A stretch of DNA of 64,000 bases from Eledone cirrhosa (lineage: Eukaryota): NCBI GenBank assembly GCA_964016885.1, contig OZ024741.1:209560001-209624000 (forward strand). The letters run 5' to 3'. This document shows positions 1 through 9,500 of the stretch, in pieces. Each line of letters begins with the position of its first letter. Within the stretch, counting starts at the first letter, position 1. A model generated the notes under the pieces. It was not told where the DNA came from. It searched no databases and was given only the letters and a program-made list of their open reading frames with translations. Made by a program: the position numbers and the translations under genes.

Positions 1-62
1 CCCAACTTAACTTAACCGCAACTTAACTTAACCGCAACTTAGCTTAACCCCAACCCTTGGTG

Positions 63-153
63 GGATCGATCTGTAATTACTGGTACATGTGCAGACACTC
101 ATTGGCTGTGTGTGGCCTGATTTTCAGAAAGATATCTCCGTAAAATAACGAGT
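63..153 (+). repeat. Internal direct repeat, copy A of the monomer core (91 bp)
   Basis: GGATCGATCTGTAATTAC...GACACTCATTGGCTGTGTGTGGCCTGATTTTCAGAAAGATATCTCCGTAAAATAACGAGT aligns to 230-321 with about 16 differences in 92 columns (manual alignment, ~83% identity). Confidence 0.95.
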
Positions 154-159
154 GGTGGC

Positions 160-224
160 TGCGTAAAATAATGAATTACGCACGAAAATGAGAAAATTTC
201 GATTCTCGATTGTGGGCCGGCCGG
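160..224. other. Dyad-symmetry cluster between the core direct repeats (two adjacent potential stem-loops plus a GGCCGGCC/CCGGCCGG palindrome)
   Basis: TGCGTAA(160-166)/TTACGCA(176-182). CACGA(181-185)/TCGTG(210-214 in the consensus; this copy has the TTGTG variant) encloses GAGAA(190-194)/TTCTC(203-207). GGCCGGCC at 215-222. Folding was not computed. Confidence 0.65.
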
Positions 225-229
225 ATGTC

Positions 230-321
230 GGATCGATTCGTAAATACAAGGATAATGTGCGGACACTCCTTGGCTGTGTGCGGCATGATTTTCAGGACGA
301 TATCTCCGTAAAATCAAGAGT
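230..321 (+). repeat. Internal direct repeat, copy B of the monomer core (92 bp)
   Basis: GGATCGATTCGTAAATAC...GACACTCCTTGGCTGTGTGCGGCATGATTTTCAGGACGATATCTCCGTAAAATCAAGAGT, offset 167-168 bp from copy A. Confidence 0.95.
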
Positions 322-327
322 TGATAA

Positions 328-567
328 CCCCAACTTAACTTAACCCCAACTTAACTTAACCGCAACTTAACTTAACCGCAACCTAACTTAACCCCAACTT
401 AACTTAACCGCAACCTAACTTAACCCCAACTTAACTTAACCGCAACTTAACTTAACCCCAACCTAACTTAACCCCAACTTAACTTAACCGCAACTTAACT
501 TAACCGCAACCTAACTTAACCCTAACTTAACTTAACCGCAACTTAACTTAACCGCAACTTAGCTTAA
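328..567 (-). repeat. Telomere-like 16-bp minisatellite block; minus-strand unit TTAAG-TTA(A/G)GTTG(G/C)GG; present in every monomer with 6-17 units
   Basis: Units start at 328, 344, 360 ... 552 with consensus CC(C/G)CAAC(T/C)TAACTTAA. The last unit carries AACTTAGCTT. C/G strand asymmetry is strong. The repeat structure is seen directly; 'telomere-like' comes from motif similarity. Confidence 0.93.
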
Positions 568-3500
568 CCCCAACCCTTGGTGGGATCGATCTGTAATTAC
601 TGGTACATGTGCAGACACTCATTGGCTGTGTGTGGCCTGATTTTCAGAAAGATATCTCCGTAAAATAACGAGTGGTGGCTGCGTAAATTAATGAATTACG
701 CACGAAAATGAGAAAATTTCGATTCTCGATCGTGGGCCGGCCGGATGTCGGATCGATTCGTAAATACAAGGATAATGTGCGGACACTCCTTGCCTGTGTG
801 CCGCATGATTTTCAGGACGATATCTCCGTAAAATCAAGAGTTGATAACCCCAACTTAACTTAACCCCAACTTAACTTAACCGCAACTTAACTGAACCGCA
901 ACCTAACTTAACCCCAACTTAACTTAACCGCAACCTAACTTAACCCCAACTTAACTTAACCGCAACTTAACTTAACCCCAACCTAACTTAACTCCAACTT
1001 AACTTAACCGCAACTTAACTTAACCGCAACCTAACTTAACCCCAACTTAACTTAACCGCAACTTAACTTAACCGCAACTTAGCTTAACCCCAACCCTTGG
1101 TGGAATCGATCTGTAATTACTGGTACATGTGCAGACACTCATTGGCCGTGTGTGGCCTGATTTTCAGAAAGATATCTCCGTAAAATAACGAGTGGTGGCT
1201 GCGTAAAATAATGAATTACGCACGAAAATGAGAAAATTTCGATTCTCGATCGTGGGCCGGCCGGATGTCGGATCGATTCGTAAATACAAGGATAATGTGC
1301 GGACACTCCTTGGCTGTGTGCGGCATGATTTTCAGGACGATATCTCCGTAAAATCAAGAGTTGATAACCCCAACTTGACTTAACCGCAACTTAACTTAAC
1401 CGCAACCTAACTTAACCCTAACTTAACTTAACCGCAACTTAACTTAACCGCAACTTAGCTTAACCCCAACCCTTGGTGGGATCGATCTGTAATTACTGGT
1501 ACATGTGCAGACACTCATTGGCTGTGTGTGGCCTGATTTTCAGAAAGATATCTCCGTAAAATAACGAGTGGTGGCTGCGTAAAATAATGAATTACGCACG
1601 AAAATGAGAAAATTTCGATTCTCGATCGTGGGCCGGCCGGATGTCGGATCGATTCGTAAATACAAGGATAATGTGCGGACACTCCTTGCCTGTGTGCCGC
1701 ATGATTTTCAGGACGATATCTCCGTAAAATCAAGAGTTGATAACCCCAACTTAACTTAACCCCAACTTAACTTAACCGCAACTTAACTTAACCGCAACCT
1801 AACTTAACCCCAACTTAACTTAACCGCAACCTAACTTAACCCCAACTTAACTTAACCGCAACTTAACTTAACCCCAACCTAACTTAACCCCAACTTAACT
1901 TAACCGCAACTTAACTTAACCGCAACCTAACTTAACCCCAACTTAACTTAACCGCAACTTAACTTAACCGCAACTTAGCTTAACCCCAACCCTTGGTGGG
2001 ATCGATCTGTAATTACTGTAACATGTGCAGACACTCATTGGCTGTGTGTGGCCTGATTTTCAGAAAGATATCTCCGTAAAATAACGAGTGGTGGCTGCGT
2101 AAAATAATGAATTACGCACGAAAATGAGAAAATTTCGATTCTCGATCGTGGGCCGGCCGGATGTCGGATCGATTCGTAAATACAAGGATAATGTGCGGAC
2201 ACTCCTTGGCTGTGTGCGGCATGATTTTCAGGACGATATCTCCGTAAAATCAAGCGTTGATAACCCCAACTTAACTTAACCCCAACTTAACTTAACCGCA
2301 ACTTAACTTAACCGCAACCTAACTTAACCCCAACTTAACTTAACCGCAACCTAACTTAACCCCAACTTAACTTAACCGCAACTTAACTTAACCCCAACCT
2401 AACTTAACCCCAACTTAACTTAACCGCAACCTAACTTAACCCTAACTTAACTTAACCGCAACTTAACTTAACCGCAACTTAGCTTAACCCCAACCCTTGG
2501 TGGGATCGATCTGTAATTACTGGTACATGTGCAGACACTCATTGGCTGTGTGTGGCCTGATTTTCAGAAAGATGTCTCCGTAAAATAACGAGTGGTGGCT
2601 GCGTAAATTAATGAATTACGCACGAAAATGAGAAAATTTCGATTCTCGATCGTGGGCCGGCCGGATGTCGGATCGATTCGTAAATACAATGATAATGTGC
2701 GGACACTCCTTGCCTGTGTGCCGCATGATTTTCAGGACGATATCTCCGTAAAATCAAGAGTTGATAACCCCAACTTAACTTAACCCCAACTTAACTTAAC
2801 CGCAACTTAACTTAACCGCAACCTAACTTAACCCCAACTTAACTTAACCGCAACCTAACTTAACCCCAACTTAACTTAACCGCAACTTAACTTAACCCCA
2901 ACCTAACTTAACCCCAACTTAACTTAACCGCAACTTAACTTAACCGCAACCTAACTTAACCCCAACTTAACTTAACCGCAACTTAACTTAACCGCAACTT
3001 AGCTTAACCCCAACCCTTGGTGGGATCGATCTGTAATTACTGGTACATGTGCAGACACTCATTGGCTGTGTGTGGCCTGATTTTCAGAAAGATATCTCCG
3101 TAAAATAACGAGTGGTGGCTGCGTAAAATAATGAATTACGCACGAAAATGAGAAAATTTCGATTCTCGATCGTGGGCCGGCCGGATGTCGGATCGATTCG
3201 TAAATACAAGGATAATGTGCGGACACTCCTTGGCTGTGTGCGGCATGATTTTCAGGACGATATCTCCGTAAAATCAAGAGTTGATAACCCCAACTTAACT
3301 TAACCGCAACTTAACTTAACCGCAACCTAACTTAACCCCAACTTAACTTAACCGCAACTTAACTTAACCGCAACTTAGCTTAACCCCAACCCTTGGTGGG
3401 ATCGATCTGTAATTACTGGTACATGTGCAGACACTCATTGGCTGTGTGTGGCCTGATTTTCAGAAAGATATCTCCGTAAAATAACGAGTGGTGGCTGCGT

Positions 3501-6500
3501 AAAATAATGAATTACGCACGAAAATGAGAAAATTTCGATTCTCGATCGTGGGCCGGCCGGATGTCGGATCGATTCGTTAATACAAGGATAATGTGCGGAC
3601 ACTCCTTGCCTGTGTGCCGCATGATTTTCAGGACGATATCTCCGTAAAATCAAGAGTTGATAACCCCAACTTAACTTAACCCCAACTTAACTTAACCGCA
3701 ACTTAACTTAACCGCAACCTAACTTAACCCCAACTTAACTTAACCGCAACCTAACTTAACCCCAACTTAACTTAACCGCAACTTAACTTAACCCCAACCT
3801 AACTTAACCCCAACTTAACTTAACCGCAACTTAACTTAACCGCAACCTAACTTAACCCCAGCTTAACTTAACCGCAACTTAACTTAACCGCAACTTAGCT
3901 TAACCCCAACTCTTGGTGGGATCGATCTGTAATTACTGGTACATGTGCAGACACTCATTGGCTGTGTGTGGCCTGATTTTCAGAAAGATATCTCCGTAAA
4001 ATAACGAGTGGTGGCTGCGTAAAATAATGAATTACGCACGAAAATGAGAAAATTTCGATTCTCGATCGTGGGCCGGCCGGATGTCGGATCGATTCGTAAA
4101 TACAAGGATAATGTGCGGACACTCCTTGGCTGTGTGCGGCATGATTTTCAGGACGATATCTCCGTAAAATCAAGAGTTGATAACCCCAACTTAACTTAAC
4201 CCCAACTTAACTTAACCGCAACTTAACTTAACCGCAACCTAACTTAACCCCAACTTAACTTAACCGCAACCTAACTTAACCCAAACTTAACTTAACCGCA
4301 ACTTAACTTAACCCCAACCTAACTTAACCCCAACTTAACTTAACCGCAACTTAACTTAACCGCAACCTAACTTAACCCCAACTTAACTTAACCGCAACTT
4401 AACCCCAACTTAGCTTAACCCCAACCCTTGGTGGGATCGATCTGTAATTACTGGTACATGTGCAGACACTCATTGGCTGTGTGTGGCCTGATTTTTAGAA
4501 AGATATCTCCGTAAAATAACGAGTGGTGGCTGCGTAAAATAATGAATTACGCACGAAAATGAGAAAATTTCGATTCTCGATCGTGGGCCGACCGGATGTC
4601 GGATCGATTCGTAAATACAAGGATAATGTGCGGACACTCCTTGGCTGTGTGCGGCATGATTTTCAGGACGATATCTCCGTAAAATCAAGAGTTGATAACC
4701 CCAACTTAACTTAACCCCAACTTAACTTAACCGCAACTTAACTTAACCGCAACCTAACTTAACCCCAACTTAACTTAACCGCAACCTAACTTAACCCCAA
4801 CTTAACTTAACCGCAACTTAACTTAACCCCAACCTAACTTAACCCCAACTTAACTTAACCGCAACTTAACTTAACCGCAACCTAACTTAACCCCAACTTA
4901 ACTTAACCGCAACTTAACTTAACCGCAACTTAGCTTAACCCCAACCCTTGGTGGGATCGATCTGTAATTACTGGTACATGTGCAGACACTCATTGGCTGT
5001 GTGTGGCCTGATTTTCAGAAAGATATCTCCGTAAAATAACGAGTGGTGGCTGCGTAAAATAATGAATTACGCACGAAAATGAGAAAATTTCGATTCTCGA
5101 TCGTGGGCCGGCCGGATGTCGGATCGATTCGTAAATACAAGGATAATGTGCGGACACTCCTTGGCTGTGTGCGGCATGATTTTCAGGACGATATCTCCGT
5201 AAAATCAAGAGTTGATAACCCCAACTTAACTTAACCCCAACTTAACTTAACCGCAACTTAACTTAACCGCAACCTAACTTAACCCCAACTTAACTTAACC
5301 GCAACCTAACTTAACCCAAACTTAACTTAACTTAACCCCAACCTAACTTAACCCCAACTTAACTTAACCGCAACTTAACTTAACCGCAACCTAACTTAAC
5401 CCCAACTTAACTTAACCGCAACTTAACCCCAACTTAGCTTAACCCCAACCCTTGGTGGGATCGATCTGTAATTACTGGTACATGTGCAGACACTCATTGG
5501 CTATGTGTGGCCTGATTTTTAGAAAGATATCTCCGTAAAATAACGAGTGGTGGCTGCGTAAAATAATGAATTACGCACGAAAATGAGAAAATTTCGATTC
5601 TCGATCGTGGGCCGGCCGGATGTCGGATCGATTCGTAAATACAAGGATAATGTGCGGACACTCCTTGGCTGTGTGCGGCATGATTTTCAGGACGATATCT
5701 CCGTAAAATCAAGAGTTGATAACCCCAACTTAACTTAACCCCAACTTAACTTAACCGCAACTTTACTTAACCGCAACCTAACTTAACCCCAACTTAACTT
5801 AACCGCAACCTAACTTAGCCCCAACTTAACTTAACCCCAACTTAACTTAACCCCAACCTAACTTAACCCCAACTTAACTTAACCGCAACTTAACTTAACC
5901 GCAACCTAACTTAACCCCAACTTAAATTAACCGCAACTTAACTTAACCGCAACTTAGCTTAACCCCAACCCTTGGTGGGATCGATCTGTAATTACTGGTA
6001 CATGTGCAGACACTCATTGGCTGTGTGTGGCCTGATTTTCAGAAAGATATCTCCGTAAAATAACGAGTGGTGGCTGCGTAAAATAATGAATTACGCACGA
6101 AAATGAGAAAATTTCGATTCTCGATCGTGGGCCGGCCGGATGTCGGATCGATTCGTAAATACAAGGATAATGTGCGGACACTCCTTGGCTGTGTGCCGCA
6201 TGATTTTCAGGACGATATCTCCGTAAAATCAAGAGTTGATAACCCCAACTTAACTTAACCCCAACTTAACTTAACCGCAACTTAACTTAACCGCAACCTA
6301 ACTTAACCCCAACTTAACTTAACCGCAACCTAACTTAACCCCAACTTAACTTAACCGCAACTTAACTTAACCCCAACTTAACTTAACCCCAACTTAACTT
6401 AACCGCAACTTAACTTAACCGCAACCTAACTTAACCCCAACTTAACTTAACCGCAACTTAACTTAACCGCAACTTAGCTTAACCCCAACCCTTGGTGGGA

Positions 6501-9500
6501 TCGATCTGTAATTACTGGTATATGTGCAGACACTCATTGGCTGTGTGTGGCCTGATTTTCAGAAAGATATCTCCGTAAAATAACGAGTGGTGGCTGCGTA
6601 AAATAATGAATTACGCACGAAAATGAGAAAATTTCCATTCTCGATCGTGGGCCGGCCGGATGTCGGATCGATTCGTAAATACAAGGATAATGTGCGGACA
6701 CTCCTTGGCTGTGTGCGGCATGATTTTCAGGACGATATTTCCGTAAAATCAAGAGTTGATAACCCCAACTTAACTTAACCCCAACTTAACTTAACCCCAA
6801 CTTAACTTAACCCCAACTTAACTTAACCGCAACTTAACTTAACCGCAACCTAACTTAACCCCAACTTAACTTAACCGCAACCTAACTTAACCACAACTTA
6901 ACTTAACCGCAACTTAACTTAACCCCAACCTAACTTAACCCCAACTTAACTTAACCGCAACTTAACTTAACCGCAACCTAACTTAACCCCAACTTAACTT
7001 AACCGCAACTTAACTTAACCGCAACTTAGCTTAACCCCAACCCTTGGTGCGATCGATCTGTAATTACTGGTACATGTGCAGACACTCATTGGCTGTGTGT
7101 GGCCTGATTTTCAGAAAGATATCTCCGTAAAATAACGAGTGGTGGCTGCGTAAAATAATGAATTACACACGAAAATGAGAAAATTTCGATTCTCGATCGT
7201 GGGCCGGCCGGATGTCGGATCGATTCGTAAATACAAGGATAATGTGCGGACACTCCTTGGCTGTGTGCGGCATGATTTTCAGGACGATATTTCCGTAAAA
7301 TCAAGAGTTGATAACCCCAACTTAACTTAACCCCAACTTAACTTAACCCCAACTTAACTTAACCGCAACCTAACTTAACCCCAACTTAACTTAACCCCAA
7401 CCTAACTTAACCCCAACTTAACTTAACCGCAACTTAACTTAACCGCAACCTAACTTAACCCCAGCTTAACTTAACCGCAACTTAACTTAACCGCAACTTA
7501 GCTTAACCCCAACTCTTGGTGGGATCGATCTGTAATTACTGGTACATGTGCAGACACTCATTGGCTGTGTGTGGCCTGATTTTCAGAAAGATATCTCCGT
7601 AAAATAACGAGTGGTGGCTGCGTAAAATAATGAATTACGCACGAAAATGAGAAAATTTCGATTCTCGATCGTGGGCCGGCCGGATGTCGGATCGATTCGT
7701 AAATACAAGGATAATGTGCGGACACTCCTTGGCTGTGTGCGGCATGATTTTCAGGACGATATCTCCGTAAAATCAAGAGTTGATAACCCCAACTTAACTT
7801 AACCGCAACTTAACTTAACCGCAACCTAACTTAACCCCAACTTAACTTAACTGCAACCTAACTTAACCCAAACTTAACTTAACCGCAACTTAACTTAACC
7901 CCAACCTAACTTAACCCCAACTTAACTTAACCGCAACTTAACTTAACCGCAACCTAACTTAACCCCAACTTAACTTAACCGCAACTTAACCCCAACTTAG
8001 CTTAACCCCAACCCTTGGTGGGATCGATCTGTAATTACTGGTACATGTGCAGACACTCATTGGCTGTGTGTGGCCTGATTTTTAGAAAGATATCTCCGTA
8101 AAATAACGAGTGGTGGCTGCGTAAAATAATGAATTACGCACGAAAATGAGAAAATTTCGATTCTCGATCGTGGGCCGGCCGGATGTCGGATCGATTCGTA
8201 AATACAAGGATAATGTGCGGACACTCCTTGGCTGTGTGCGGCATGATTTTCAGGACGATATCTCCGTAAAATCAAGAGTTGATAACCCCAACTAAACTTA
8301 ACCCCAACTTAACTTAACCGCAACTTTACTTAACCGCAACCTAACTTAACCCCAACTTAACTTAACCGCAACCTAACTTAACCCCAACTTAACTTAACCG
8401 CAACTTAACTTAACCCCAACCTAACTTAACCCCAACTTAACTTAACCGCAACTTAACTTAACCGCAACCTAACTTAACCCCAACTTAACTTAACCGCAAC
8501 TTAACTTAACCGCAACTTAGCTTAACCCCAACCCTTGGTGGGATCGATCTGTAATTACTGGTACATGTGCAGACACTCATTGGCTGTGTGTGGCCTGATT
8601 TTTAGAAAGATATCTCCGTAAAATAACGAGTGGTGGCTGCGTAAAATAATGAATTACGCACGAAAATGAGAAAATTTCTATTCTCGATCGTGGGCCGGCC
8701 GGATGTCGGATCGATTCGTAAATACAAGGATAATGTGCGGACACTCCTTGGCTGTGTGCGGCATGATTTTCAGGACGATATCTCCGTAAAATCAAGAGTT
8801 GATAACCCCAACTTAACTTAACCCCAACTTAACTTAACCGCAACTTAACTTAACCGCAACCTAACTTAACCCCAACTTAACTTAACCGCAACCTAACTTA
8901 ACCCCAACTTAACTTAACCGCAACTTAACTTAACCCCAACCTAAATTAACTCCAACTTAACTTAACCGCAACTTAACTTAACCGCAACCTAACTTAACCC
9001 CAACTTAATTTAACCGCAACTTAACTTAACCGCAACTTAGCTTAACCCCAGCCCTTGGTGGGATCGATCTGTAATTACTGGTACATGTGCAGACACTCAT
9101 TGGCTGTGTGTGGCCTGATTTTCAGAAAGATATCTCCTTAAAATAACGAGTGGTGGCTGCGTAAAATAATGAATTACGCACGAAAATGAGAAAATTTCGA
9201 TTCTCGATCGTGGGCCGGCCGGATGTCGCATCGATTCGTAAATAGAAGGATAATGTGCGGACACTCCTTGGCTGTGTGCGGCATGATTTTCAGGACGATA
9301 TTTCCGTAAAATCAAGAGTTGATAACCCCAACTTAACTTAACCCCAACTTAACTTAACCCCAACTTAACTTAACCGCAACTTAACTTAACCGCAACCTAA
9401 CTTAACCCCAACTTAACTTAACCGCAACCTAACTTAACCACAACCTAACTTAACCGCAACTTAACTTAACCCCAACCTAACTTAACCCCAACTTAACTTA

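Larger units (their letters stand above)
48..567. repeat. Representative 520-bp monomer (280-bp core segment plus 15 x 16-bp subrepeats)
   Basis: CCCCAACCCTTGG at 48 recurs at 568 (period 520). Subrepeats occupy 328-567 (240 bp). Confidence 0.97.

Noticed and set aside
110-200. Satellite-encoded hammerhead ribozyme
   Set aside because: CTGATTTTCAGAAA resembles the core superficially, but the required CUGANGA motif was not found on either strand.
197-216. CENP-B box in TTTCGATTCTCGATCGTGGG
   Set aside because: It does not fit the TTCG-N4-A-N2-CGGG spacing; only the TTCG matches.
57-325. Tandem RNA gene array (5S rRNA, tRNA, snRNA, spliced leader) or SINE
   Set aside because: I see no recognisable 5S, snRNA or SL sequence and no tRNA cloverleaf. 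TTTCGATTC (198-206) is only an imperfect B-box-like match with no convincing A-box. An Infernal/Rfam search would be the decisive test.
48-335. Core as an intact MITE or LTR/TRIM element inserted in telomeric repeats
   Set aside because: There are no terminal inverted repeats, TG...CA ends, PBS/PPT or poly(A) tail, and a target-site duplication cannot be distinguished within repetitive flanks. A remote transposon origin is not excluded.
328-567. Canonical G-quadruplex or true terminal telomere tract
   Set aside because: GGGG runs are 16-48 bp apart and interleaved with GCGG, so there is no canonical short-loop G4 motif. Tracts are short, degenerate and of fixed order, unlike telomerase-made terminal arrays.
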